Source: Raja brachyura (taxonomy: Eukaryota). Taken from it: DNA of 64,000 bases. Below, piece by piece: positions 48,861 to 61,628 of this stretch (position 1 is its first letter; the number at the start of each line of letters is the position of its first letter). Location: contig OY740789.1 in assembly GCA_963514005.1 (NCBI GenBank), positions 25,172,001 to 25,236,000 of the forward strand, in the 5' to 3' direction. The notes under the pieces are model-generated. The model saw nothing but the letters and a program-made list of their open reading frames with translations, ran no database searches and was not told the origin of the DNA. The position numbers were made by a program, and so were the translations under genes.

Positions 48861-50779
48861 GGAAGGGTCGTCTCGAACCTTCCACCCCCGCGCTTGAGGA
48901 GCAGACCCCAGGCTGTACTGGGACGGGCTGGCGGGGAGCAGACCCCAGGCTGTACCGGGACGAGTTCGATTCGGTTCCAGGTGCAGTGAGTTCATAGAGG
49001 GGATTAACGTGTCAGGCAGCATCCATGGAGGGAGGCGGACAGTCCCTTGGATCCACTCACGCTCGTCTGTCCAGTTCCTGACCACAGACGCCGCCTGACC
49101 CACTGAGTTCTCGGGTCTCGACCCGAAACGTCACCCAGTCCTTCTCTCCAGTAATCAATCACGCACAGAGTTGCTGTAGATGTTATGTGCTGCCTGTCCC
49201 GCTGAGTTACTCCAGCATTCTGTGTTTATCTTCGGTTTAAACCAGCATCTGCAGTTCCTTCCTACACGTGTTCCTTCAACAGTTGTTTTATTGTTTCAAA
49301 TTCCGGCATCTGCAGTCTCTAGTGTCTCCCCGGAGAGGAAAGTGGTTTTAGGACGTTAATCGCTCATTGCCTATGCGACACAAAGACATAGATTTTTCCC
49401 ACCATATGTTGTGAGAATTACTGTAAATGTGCGAATGATACGGTAATTAATGCCCATCTGTTGTCACCCAGAGGATTTGGTGGGTGGCTTTATTCAGGTG
49501 CCTCAAGGGAGATTCCAGGCTAGGAGTTCCAAGCAATTGGATTTGGTGAGATTTTTAGAGGTTTTGGAGGAGGAGGATGCGTTAATATACTCGGTGAGTT
49601 GCTGTCGTCCTATAATATACATTGTACGATATACAAGCTTTGCGGGGTCTACGTTGAGCTTAGTAGCACAAATACTAATAAAGATTTTGATAGTTTTTAC
49701 TTTGGCTTTAAAGCTGTACCAATCCAGACTCGACTTCTTACAGATGGTGAAGAAATGAAACATTTGTAGCCACGGTGTTGATATGATTGATCTAAATAAG
49801 GCTCAGAAGTGTTTAATTGTCATGCACTGAGAGTGGAACAATTAAATCCTTGCTTGTTAAAGCTTTACATACCCATTAACGCTGGACCATAATGGCTAAT
49901 AATCACAATTATCAATAATAAAACAAATTGATGATTATTAATACTGTTAGCCAAAACATAATAGTGGTTATTTTGTTTATAATTTCTTAAATAGCAGTTC
50001 CCCAAAAAGTTAATTTATATAGCATGAAAAACAAAGCTGCAAATGCTGGAAATTTGAATTGAAAACAGAAAATGTTGCAAAAACTCAACAGTTCAGGCAG
50101 CATATATGGTAAAAAAAGTAGGCAATGTTTTGGATCGGCGATCCTTCATCAGGATTCATCTTTATTTGGCAGAGCATCATGTCAGATATGAAAGGTTGAC
50201 TTTGTTTCCCCACAAGTTTACATGCATGTTTTGTCAAGCATTCTTTGTGTTCTTTGCAAGATGAATGCATCCAGATTTAAACCATTTTAATAGAATAAGG
50301 AAATTAATGCATACTTGAACTATTGGAAGCATTGATTATGATCTGAGACACTGAGGTGTATGGGGTCCTGAATGGAAAGAACGCAACAAAGGAGGACATG
50401 CAGAAAAAAAAGGTGCCATTTGGAAGGAAAGTGGTGTGGGGAAGAATAAACCACAAAGTTTAGGCAAATGGCCCCTGCAGTGGGCAGTATAAGATTGGGA
50501 ACCTGTGTTTGACATTGCCATCATTTTGGATCCATTGACCGTTGTGGGGCTGGCAGGGGGAAAAGAAATGGCTTACAATTTATAGCGTTTTTCACATCCC
50601 TTTCATAATGTTATTCAGCGTCTTGAAACCATGGCAGCACTTTCCAAATATGGTCATGCATTCAATTTGGAACAAAAAGAACCCCGACAATAACATGATA
50701 AAAATCAGGTAATCAGTTTTAAACAATGAATGTTGGCACTAAGACATTCAGGATAATTTCCCTGTCTTCTTCACAATCT

Positions 50780-52080
50780 TAGAAACAGAAAAATAGGTGC
50801 AGGAGTAGGCCATTTGTCCCTTCGGGCCGACACCGCCATTCAGTATGATCATGGCTGATCATCTAAAATCAGTTCTCTCTTCCCTTGATTCCTTTAGCCC
50901 TAAGAGATAAATCTAACTCTCTTGAAAACATCCAGTGAATTGGCTACCACTACCTTCTGTGGCAGAGAATTTCACAGATTCACAACTCTGGGCGAAGAAG
51001 GTTTTCCTCATCTCAGTCTTGAATGGGCTATCGCTTATTCTTAAACTGTGATCCCTGGTTCTAAACTCCCCCAACATCGGGAACATTTTCCTCCATCTAG
51101 CCTGTCCATAAACCTCACATTTATCCACATTATACTGCATCTGTCCACTCAATCAACCTATCCAAGTCACCCTGCAGCCTCATAGTATCCTCATCGCAGC
51201 TCATACTGACACCCAGCTTTGTGTCATCCGCAAACTTGGAGATGTCACATTTAATTCCCATATCTAAAACGTTAATATATTTTGTAAATAACTGGGGTTC
51301 TGGCACCCCACTAGTCATTGCCTGCCTTTCTGAAAAGGGCCCGTTAATTCCTACCTTTTGCTTCCTGTCTGCCAACCAGTTCTCTATCAATGTCAATACC
51401 CTACCCCCAATTCCATGTGCTCTAATTTTGCACACTAATCTCTTGTGTGGTACCTTGTCCAAGACTTTTTGAAAGTCCAGATACACCACATCCGCTGGTC
51501 TCCCTTATCCGTTCTACTTGTTACATCCTCAAAAAATTCCAGAAGATTATTCAAGCATGATTTTCCCTTTCATAAATCCATGCTGACTTTGACCGATCCT
51601 GTCACAGCTTTCCAAATGCGCTGCAAAACATCTTTATTAATCGACTCGAGCATCTTCCCCACTACTGATGTAAGGCTCACTGGTATATAATTCCCCGTTT
51701 TCTCCCTCTTTTCTTAAAAAGTGGGGTTACATTCGCTACCCTCCAGTCCACAAGAACTGATCCAGAATCGAGAGAACATTGGAAAATGATTACCAATGCA
51801 TCCACGCTTTCTCGGGCCACCTCCTTGAGTACTCTGGGATGCAGACCATCAGGTCCTGGGAATTTATCTGCCTTCAGTCCCAATACTTTATCGAACACCA
51901 TTTCCTGACTAATGTGGATTCCCTCCCACTAGATCCTTGGTCCCCTGGTATTTCTGGTAGATTGTTTGTGTCTTCCTTTGTGAAGGCAGAACCAAAGTAT
52001 CTGTTTAACTGTTCTGCCATTTACTTGTTTCCTATTATAAATTCACCCGTCTCTGATTGTCTTCACAAATCTTTTCCTTT
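50780..52080 (-). mobile_element. CR1 LINE (RT and 3' end) in TRMT5 intron 1
   Basis: PGPDGLHPRVLKE, VYLDFQKVLDKVPHKRL, KFADDTKLG. Confidence 0.9.
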
Positions 52081-53137
52081 TTACATATATAAATATGTCC
52101 AGCTGAAATCATATCATGAGATGTCTTATGTCCACCTAAGGAACAGGACTAATGCCCCATCTGAAAGGTGCTCCCACCTAACAGTACAGCAACCTCTTAC
52201 TACTGAACTGGTGTATTAGACAACCCTTGGTCCCAGAGAACTCAGAGTTGAAGCCATAGCAGACAAAGTAGAAACTAGGTACAATGTCTTTCTAGAAAGA
52301 AAGGAAATTATGAAAGCAGAAGAAAAGAACTCAAACGTTTTTGGTTGGACAGTCCTGTAAACAAGTGTGGGTAAATCTTCAGCTGAAGCCAAAGGATAGA
52401 TTAATTGCATGGTTATAGGAAATAGAATTTCTTGACCAATGTGGTGGGAAAATTGTAGTAAAGAATGAGTCTTTCTAGAAAGTTGGCTGTTGAAGTGAGC
52501 AGGCTTAAATTTGATGCTGGTTGACAGCCAATCCCCTGAAATACACATTGCATATTAGATGCGAGTCATCTGAATGAGAGAAAAACTGCAAGCAAAGTTG
52601 ATAGACCTTGTTTGGGCAAGAACAAAAAGGAATACTGATAGGAAAATCAGCATGCCAGATAATTGGGAACAAAGAATGCCCCACCCGTTCTAGATGACTC
52701 TTGGATTCTCAAAGCAAAATCATTTGAAATGTCTTTAGCGAGCAATGGAACAAACCTGAAAGCCTTCCATGGCTTTTCAGAGAACCTATTTCATAAATAT
52801 AACATTGTGCCAAGGGATATTTCAGTTTTGTCAATGTATTCCTTTGCATTAAATTTGACAAAAGCCTGGTGATACAGGATAGAAACATAGAAAATAGGTG
52901 CAAGAGGAGGCCATTTGGCCCTTCGAGCCAGCACCGCCATTCATTGTGATCATAGCTGATCATCCACAATCAGTAACTCATGCCTGCCTTCTCCCCATAT
53001 CCCTTGATTCCCCCAGCCCCTAGAGCTCTATCTAACTCTGGAGGTTTATTATCAACGTCAGTAGCAAAGTTAACTGGGCCCAGATCATTACTGCATTAGT
53101 TGTGCTGTGACTGATGTTCAATCTTTTTTCAATTTAG

Positions 53138-53781
53138 GTTTCTCGTTTGCTTTAACAAGACATGGGCAAATGCTGTTTTAAGTACACCAGCTAAAAAATT
53201 GACACTGAGGGAGTGGTATAGTTTTATTCCAGTAAAATCTCGGCACTTTCCTCGACGGTGGGTTTCCACGGACAATATCCCTGAATTAGGCATGATGTCA
53301 GTCCAGAACCCTGAAGAGGTCATTGATCTTGACGTGCTTCCTGCAGCAGTCCGTGGCATGACTCAGCTAAACAGGGACTTGTTTCAGAAAACTGTTGCAC
53401 TTCCAGCTCTTAAAGTAAGAAAGGAATTAATAAACAAAGTCATGAAACCATTGAGAAATGTAGCAATAAAAAGACCTGGACTGAAGCGTGTAATTGAAGA
53501 TTCAGAAGATGAAATTTACAGACTAATTTTGTTGGATCCAGACAAAATATCTTGCTTGGAATCTTTTGGAGCTTCAGAGAGAACTGTTTTAAAGGAATAT
53601 AATGTCGATCTTCAGGTTCTCAAGCACAATTTAATAATGACATACGAACATTTCAAATCTGAAGAGATTCTGAAGGCAGTTTTGCCGGTCGGACAAGACG
53701 TAACCACTGCATTTAGCAGAGTCGGCCACATTGCTCACATGAATCTTCGAGATCATCAGCTTCCATACAAGCATTTGATTG
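53138..53781 (+). CDS. TRMT5: TRMT5 exon 2, tRNA (guanine37-N1)-methyltransferase, N-terminal part
   Basis: Acceptor tttttcaatttag, donor G|gtagga. Translation includes VRGMTQLNRDLFQKTV...YEHFKSEEILKAVLPVGQDVTTAFSRVGHIAHMNLRDHQLPYKHLIG, matching vertebrate TRMT5. Confidence 0.96.
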
Positions 53782-54106
53782 GTAGGATCTAAATTTATAT
53801 GTTTTTGGAAGAAAAATAAAATAAAATATTTTTCTTTAAGAAAAGTTATATTTAAAGGAAACATTGCTGAATGGATAACATAAAACTCTTCTGTAGAAAA
53901 TGAGTCATACAAGTTTCTACATCTATTGATTATTAGTATTTTTAAAAAATATTTACATTATTCTTGTTAATTATGTTTTGAAGTTTATGTTTGTAAGTAA
54001 AAAGCTTTTGGTTTTCCTATATCAAAAATAGATGCAGAGTTATCAAAAAGCCTGGATTGAAGTACATACCATCCTTATCTAAATTGCCAACAATTTTGTT
54101 TCTTAG

Positions 54107-54231
54107 GTCAAGTTATAATGGATAAGAATCCAGGAATAACTTCAGTGGTTAATAAACTTAACATTATTGATAACACTTACCGTAATTTCCAGATGGAAAT
54201 ACTAGCTGGGGAAGACAATATGATAGCAACG
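54107..54231 (+). CDS. TRMT5: TRMT5 exon 3 (125 bp)
   Basis: Acceptor tttcttag, donor gtaaga. Encodes (G)[41 protein letters not shown]; phases are consistent with exons 2 and 4. Confidence 0.96.
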
Positions 54232-55583
54232 GTAAGAATATTAAATTTAATTTTAGTTGTTTCCCAATAATGTTTGTTTAAAATTGCAGTTTTTCTTCAA
54301 ATTTGTTTGGGATGGGAATATTTAACAGGGGCAATTAAAGCATCTTGAAAAAAGTGACGGCCAGTATTTTCAGAGAAATGTAAATTGTAAAGCTCAAATG
54401 CAGGTGGTGTGCTATAGGTTCTTTGACATGTATTAAATTAATTTAAACAAAAAAAACTTCAGCATGGAAGAATCAGCGTATATTTGCAATTGATATTAAT
54501 TTTGAGTGTCACACTGGAGTAAAGTGCATCATTGCCCAAGAGGAAAGTCACTTCAGTATCCAAGGCAATAAGGTCACTAGTTAAAATGTGTGAGAGGAAG
54601 AGATGATCAACATTTTATCATTCAAATTACATTATCCACTACAAATGAACATTCTCATTCTGTATGATTGTAGAGATAATAATGCTTAATTATTACTTAT
54701 GCACATATGTGGTTGATTGTTTATGCAAGGCAGTTTTAGACAAGACAATGGGTGCAGGAGTTGGCCATTCGACCCTTTGAGCCAGCACTGCCATTCAATG
54801 TGTTCATGGCTGATCATCCCCAATCAGTACCCCGTTCCTTCCTTCTCCCCATATCCACTGACTCCGCTATCTTTAAGAGCTCTATCTAGCTCTCTCTTGA
54901 AAGTATCCAGAGAAATGGCCCCCACTGCCCTCTGAGGCAGAGAATTCCACACTGACAACACTCTGTGAGAAAAAGTGTTTCCTCATCTCCGTTGTAAATG
55001 GCTTACCCCTTAATCTTAAACTGTGGCCCCTGGTTTTGATTGTCGGGTGGACAACGGTAAAACTTACATTATCAGTTGAATTAACATTCACCTTGTTTCC
55101 ATCTTGGGAACATAATAATGATGTACATCTGAAAAAAAAACAATATACTGAAGCTCATATTCAGGTTGTAGTACAACTTGAAGTAAATGTTTAGTTAAAG
55201 GTTAAAATCTGGATTTTTTATTTTGCATTTCATTCTGAATGAGCTTAATTTGGAATGAATTTTTTTACAATTTATATAGAAACTTGATACAGGTTGGCAA
55301 TTTCAAAACGATAACAATATCTGACAGTCCAGCCTGACAATTGTAGGTAACCTTTTGAATATATGACATGTAAAAATGTTTTTAGCGTAAGATAAAGTTT
55401 TTAACCCCATTTGCAAGTAAATCCATAGATTTATTGTAAGAAATGCAGAACATTTGATGAAATGTAGTTAAGATAACAGTTTCCTACCATATCCTGAGGA
55501 GCTACTGGAGGAGCACTTTCACAATGTATTGCTTGGCCAGTGGAGAATATCAAGTAGGAACAATCATTTTCAAACAGTAAGTA

Positions 55584-56558
55584 CAGTGACCTCCATAATG
55601 TTTGGGACAAAGACCCACCATTTATTTATTTCTCTCTGTCCTCCACAAGTTGAGATTTGTAATGGAAAAAAATCACATGTGGTTAAAGTGCACATTGTCA
55701 GATTTTAATAAAGGCATCTTTTTAATACATTTTGGTTTCACCATGTAGAAATTACAGCAGTGTTTATACATAGTCCTCCCATTTGAAGAGCACCATAATG
55801 TTTGGGACACAGCAATGTCATGTAAATGAAAGTAGTTGTGTTTAGTATATTGTTGCATAAACTTTGCATACAATGACTGCTTGAAGTCTGCGATTCATGG
55901 ACATCACCAGTTGCTGGGTGTTGACAAATCCACACCTGACTCTTGAAGAGAGTTTCTGATCTGTCACACAGGTGTTTAGGCATTTTTTTTTAATTATAGA
56001 GAGAATTCTTCTGTCATCAGCTTTGGAGGTCTTCTTTGGCCTACCTTTGCGATTGGTAAGCTCACCAGTGCTCTCTTTCTTCTTAATGATGTTCCAAACA
56101 GTTGATTTTGGTAAGCCTAAGGCTGATGTCTCTAACAGTTTTATTCTTGTTTCTCAGTCTCATAATGGCTTCTTTGACTTTCATTGACACAACTTTGGTC
56201 CTCATGTTGATAAACAGCAATAAATGTTTCCAAATGTGATGGAAGACTGGAGGAAAGACTAGGTGCTGTGATCACTCTTATGTGTGAAGCTAGGTGCTGT
56301 GAGCACTCTTATGTGCTGTGAAGCCATGTGTCCCAAACATTATGGTGCCCTGAAATGAGGGGGGGGGGATCTATGTATAAACACTGCTGCAATTTCTACA
56401 TGGTGAAACTAAAATGTATAAAAATGGCCTTTATTAAAATCTGACAAAGGCCTAATAGATTACAAATAGATTACAAAGATTACAAATCTCAAATTGTGGA
56501 GTGCAGAGGCAAATAAATAAACAATATGTCTTTGTCCCAAATTTAATGTTGGGCACTG
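55584..56558 (-). mobile_element. Tc1/mariner IR-DR-type deletion derivative in TRMT5 intron 3
   Basis: TA|CAGTG...CACTG|TA. ~230-bp inverted repeats with inner and outer direct repeats (CCATAATGTTTGGGACA). Transposase N-terminus from 56205: MRTKVVSMKVKEAIMRLR..LGLPKSTVWNIIKK..GRPKKTS..DDRRIL. Confidence 0.9.
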
Positions 56559-56681
56559 TAGATAAATTACGGTTAGCATTATAGAAGGGATTATTTTTGG
56601 AACTGTTTTAATAGTACATTTTAATAACTTGGTTTACCTTGTACCAGCACAAAGTATTGAATATAATTTGTATGTTCATAG

Positions 56682-57333
56682 GTCAAGGAGAACAACATAA
56701 TGTATGAATTTGATTTTTCCAAAGTGTATTGGAATCCTCGGCTCAGCACAGAACATGGTCGAATAGTTGATCTTCTAAAAGCTGGAGATGTAGTGTATGA
56801 TGTGTTTGCTGGTGTTGGACCTTTTGCTATTCCAGCAGCAAAGAAGAATTGCAAAGTCATGGCAAATGATCTTAACCCAGAGTCTTATAAATGGCTGGTC
56901 CATAACTGCAAGGTGAACAAAGTAAATGAAAAAGTACAGACATTCAATCTGGATGGCAGGGACTTTATTATGGGCCCACTTAAAGATGATTTAGCAAAAC
57001 AAATTGAAACAATTGCTTTGAAGGAGAACAGAACCTCTATTCATATCATTATGAATCTGCCTGGTATGGCTATTGAGTTCCTGGATGCCTTCAGACAACT
57101 ATTGGAGGAGCCGTGCACAGCTGATGCTTTACCCACTGTCCATTGCTACAGTTTTTCCAAGTGTGATGAACCTGCCAAAGATGTTCAGAGAAGTGCGGAA
57201 CATTTCTTAAAAACCTCCTTAGAAGAACATTTCTCTGTCCATTTAGTTCGTAATGTGGCCCCAAACAAGGAAATGATGTGTATAAGTTTTAAGATCCCTG
57301 TTAAAGTATTATGCAGAAATCTTATGGTAAAAG
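56682..57333 (+). CDS. TRMT5: TRMT5 exon 4 (SAM-binding Met-10+ domain)
   Basis: Acceptor ttcatag, donor G|gtcagt. Encodes [25 protein letters not shown]...[13 protein letters not shown]...ANDLNPES...MNLP...[10 protein letters not shown]. Confidence 0.97.
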
Positions 57334-58195
57334 GTCAGTAACTCCATGGCATTATCTATTCTGATTTTACAGTTTCCAAATTTATGATCAGATTTATCAT
57401 TGCATAATAAGTTGAACTGTCAAAAGTTGAACATTTATATTGGAATCAGAAAAGTACTTTATTCTCCTATACCAGAACATGACAATAAACTCACTAAAAC
57501 TTGAACTTCTCCTATACCACCACAAAATATTATTTATACAAATTCTGGAACTGGTATTAGAAAGAATGCTGCTAAACATTTCTGTAAATGGCCCAAGAAC
57601 TTGCATTTGCAAGTGTTCTCATACTACCCAAAAGTTAAAGATGTGATTAATTTAACCTTTAATTTCTAAATTTGAGCACATGACCTTTTAATAGAAAATA
57701 TATTTAGTCTATTGTTATAAACTAGTTCCATAATTTAAATGTTATGGTAGCCACCTAATCAAATATAAATATATATATATTTTAATGTAGTAGATTTGAT
57801 TTCAGTAAGTGAGGCTTTGAATGGATATGAATATTTCCTTTTTATTTTATTCCCACTTTGGATCTACTGCGATGACCTGTCAGGAGCAGAAAATACTTAG
57901 GAAATATTTGGAAGAAAATTTGCTATTTTTTAATTCTTCTGCGGAAAATGATTAGAATATAGAACAGTACAGCACAAGACAAGCCTTTTGGCCCACAATG
58001 TCTGTGCCGAACATGATGCCAAGACCGTTTCTTATCTATCAGTGCATCATAATCCATATCCCTCCATATTAATATACAAAAGTCTCTTAAATGCCACTAG
58101 CATATCTGCCTCAACTACCAAACACAGCAGCACTTACCACCTCTGCATGTAAATAAAAAACTTGTCCCACATATCTCCTTTAAAACATTGTTGAG

Positions 58196-58662
58196 TGTTT
58201 TTAAATGGGAGGAGTCAAAAGAGAAGTTATTGAGGGTAAGGACCAACTCTGCTAGGCGGAGGAGGGTGTCAGTCGATGTGTATGGGTTGCTCCTCTGGTC
58301 GAGGAAGAACCGGAGGGCTTTGAGACCATCATGGTGGGGGATGGAGGTGTAGAGTGATTGGACGTCCATGGTGAAGATGAGAGGATGGGAGCCTGGCGAA
58401 TGGAATGCGTGGAGACGACGGAGAGTGTCTGAGGTGTTTTTAAATGGGAGGAGTCAAAAGAGAAGTTATTGAGGATGAGGACCAGCTCCGCTGGGCGGAG
58501 GAGGGTTTTCTTATGTGGGAGGAGTCAAAAGAGAAGTTATTGAGGGTAAGGACCAACTCCGCTAGGCGGGTATGAAGAAGGGTTTTGGCCCGAAACGTTG
58601 CCTATCTCCTTTGCTCCATAGATGCTGCTGCACCCGCTGCGTTTCTCCAGCATTTTGTGTAT
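58196..58662 (-). mobile_element. Penelope RT fragment (partly triplicated) plus terminal repeat
   Basis: MDVQSLYTSIPHHDGLKALRFFL...LLRLAELVLTLNNFSFDSSH. Confidence 0.85.
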
Positions 58663-59873
58663 CCTTTAAAACATTGCTCTTCTCACCTTAAAGCCTTGCT
58701 CTCTAGTATTTGATTTTTCTTTTCCATCCTGTGAAAAAGGTTCTGATGTGTCCACCCAATCCATGCCCCTCATTTTTTAATACTTCTATTCACTCATAAT
58801 CTCAGATGTTCCAAAGGAAACAATTCAAATATGTCCAATCTACCCACTACTCCAGGCATCATTCTGGTAAACCTCCTCTGCACCTTTTCCAAAACCAACA
58901 CATCCTTCCTGTAATGGGGTGACCAGAATTGCACGCAATGCTCCAAATGTTGCCTAACCAGTCTTATAAAGCTGCATCATGATTTCCTGACTCTTATACA
59001 CAATGCCCTGACCTGTTAAAGCCATACCACACCATACGCCTCCTTTACCATTCTGTCTTCTTGTGTTGCTACTTTCACCATATGGACCTGACCCCAAGAT
59101 CCCTCTGTACATCTATAGTGTTGTGTCATGCCATTAATAGTATATTTCCCCTTACATTTGACATCCCCGCAAATTGCAACATCTCGCGCTTACTCAGATT
59201 AAACTTAATTTCTCTGCTCTTTCCTGCAGCTGATCTATATTCCAAGGTATACCTTGACAGTCTTCCTTACAGTCCCAGATTCCAGAAATCTTGGTGTTAT
59301 GTGCAATGTATTACTTATCAACCTGTCTACCTCTCAATCTCCAGCCTAAATATTGTTCTTCTGCCACAACCCTGTGTCTTCTTTGATTGGGCCAATTCTG
59401 AATCCATACAACAAAATCAGTTAATCCCATGTATTCTAAACTTCTGAATCAGTGTACGATGATGGACTTACTAAATGCCTCACTAAAATCAATGTAGGCA
59501 ACATCCACTGCTCTGCCCTCATTGATTACCTTTGTCATTTCCTCAAAAAACTCTATTAAGTTAGTAACCCTTTACAAACCCTAATGGCAAATGCAATGTT
59601 AGCATTTATTTAGAGAGGACTAGAATATAAAAACAGGGGTGTAAAACTGAGATTTTATAAGGCACTAGTCAGACCACATTTGGAGTATTGTGAACCGTTT
59701 TGTGCCCATATCTGAGGAAGGATGTGCTGGCATTGGAGAGGCTCCAAAGGAAGTTTATGAGAACGATCCCAGGAGTGATTGGGTTAACATATGACATGTT
59801 TGAAGGCATTCGGCTGGTACTCGCTGCAGTTTTGAAGGATGATGGGGTACCTCTTTGAAACTTACCATATAGT

Positions 59874-59992
59874 TCTTCTTTCGTGTGGCGTTGAACAACT
59901 TGTTCTATTTGATCTTTGTGTTTGTGCACGTCGAGTTGATTGCATTAGTCGAAACAGGGCGGACCATGTGAAGGTTGCAATCTTCCAACCCT
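59874..59992 (-). mobile_element. Short ribozyme-headed retroposon, copy 3
   Basis: TSD ACCATATAGT / ACCAAATAGT, same 5' end, TTC-repeat tail on +. Inserted in a CR1 remnant. Confidence 0.82.
59938..59992 (-). ncRNA. Predicted minimal HDV-like ribozyme, copy 3 (more degenerate)
   Basis: AGGGTTGG-AA-GATTGCA-ACC-TTCACAT-GGT-CCGCCCT-GT-TTCGA-CTAA-TGCAATC. One extra T in P1 and a G>A change in L3. Confidence 0.62.
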
Positions 59993-61010
59993 ACCAAATA
60001 GTGAAAGGCCAGGATAGAGTGAATGTGGAATAAAAGGAAATGCCTTTTAGAAAGGAGATAGTCTTTTAGTCTTTAGCCAGAGGGTGGTGAATGTATGGAA
60101 TTCTTTGTCACAGACAGCTATGGAGGCCAATATCAATGGATATTTTTAAGGCAGAGAATGACAGATTCTTGATTAGTAAGGGTGTCGGGTTACGAGGTAA
60201 ATGGTGGAGAATGGGGTGAGAGAGAAACATAGATCAGCTGTGATTGAATGGCGTAGACTTGATGGGCCAGACGGCTTAATTCTGCTCCTATAACTTGAGA
60301 ACTTATGAATTATAATTGGGTTTATTGGCCTAATTGAGCCTTGATTGTCCTTATTTAACCATTCTCCTCTAAATGGAAGTGAATCCTATGCCGAAGAATC
60401 CTTGTAAATACTTCCCTACCACGGACGGGAGGTTTACTGGCCCATAATTCCCTGGCTTCTCTCTGCTTCCTTTTTTATAATAAAGGAACAATATTAGTTA
60501 CTCTCCAGTCCTCTGGAACCTTGTCAATGACCGGCGAAGACAAAGATCTTTCTCAAGGCTCATGCAATCTCCTCTCTTGCCTCTCTCGATAGCCTGCGAT
60601 ATATCCATCTTAATGCTCTTCAGGAGCCCAAACAACTCCAACTTCTTTATCTCAAACTGCCCTTGCATATTAATGTTCAAAACATTTATCTCACTATCTT
60701 CCTTTCCTTCTCTTTGGTGAAAACAAATGAAAATATTATTTATTAACGTGTACATTGAGGATGTTAGGTTCACGTTTCCCACTATCAAGCTAATATTTTG
60801 CTGCGAGCAATTGTTGACTAGCCACAATTAAAGCAGATTTAAATTCAAGTGTGTTATAATGCAGCAGAAGAACGCGAGAGATTATTAAAAATATTCAATA
60901 GATTGCAGATCAAAATGTATGTTTTTTTTTAAACTACTCTTGTAAGTTTTATTTTGGCTACAGCTTAGTAACTCTGTCATTAATGTGCAATTTTCTTTTC
61001 AACTATCCAG

Positions 61011-61087
61011 ACAATACTGAGGAGCCAGCTCCAAAACGCCTTAGGTCTGAAGACGCTACTGTTGCAGTGGACTACAGTGACTTGTGA
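61011..61087 (+). CDS. TRMT5: TRMT5 exon 5 (last coding exon)
   Basis: Acceptor ttttcttttcaactatccag. Encodes (D)NTEEPAPKRLRSEDATVAVDYSDL*, resembling the human ENHEDPPLKRQR tail. Total CDS 1503 nt. Confidence 0.88.
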
Positions 61088-61375
61088 TAAACGAGCAACT
61101 TCATTTTTAGCTGTTAAGAAACTGAATACAGTGCAATTTAATTGCCAGTCAGTGAAAGGAATCTAAGAATGTTTGCATCATTTCCTGGTCTCCCTTCTGG
61201 TCGTGACTTGCTTCTATAAACAGCCAGTGATTTGTTATAATGGGGATTGGAGTCCTCTCAAGGGCTCACTTTACTTGCTCGCTATGATGGTTTTTCCACT
61301 GTGAATATTGAATTCTGTCATATTAATAAGTAACCAATGGAAAATCTTGACTCAAACACCACCATTAGAACTGCA

Positions 61376-61628
61376 AATAAAACTTTTACAAAACTGCATT
61401 CAGCATCCATCAATCATTTTGGTTCTTGGAACTGTTTCAGAATGTTTAAACAAACTGAGAGAAATTCCAGAGAGTAGAGCAAATTTCGGCAGGTTTAAGA
61501 ATACTTGGCTTCAGTCCAAATGCAGTGAATTCATTTGCATTTATCAAAACATATTTTCTGCAGCTCTGGTATCTAAAGATTAGGGCTTCAATCTGCAGTA
61601 GTAATTTGTATTCCATTGAAGGAATAAA
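61376..61628 (+). terminator. Candidate TRMT5 polyadenylation signals
   Basis: AATAAA at 61376-61381 and 61623-61628, downstream of the stop codon. Which one is used is unknown. Confidence 0.4.

Larger units (their letters stand above)
58663..60725. mobile_element. Stack of CR1 fragments in TRMT5 intron 4 (-, +, -)
   Basis: CR1 RT and 3' sequence similar to other copies in the window. Confidence 0.75.
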
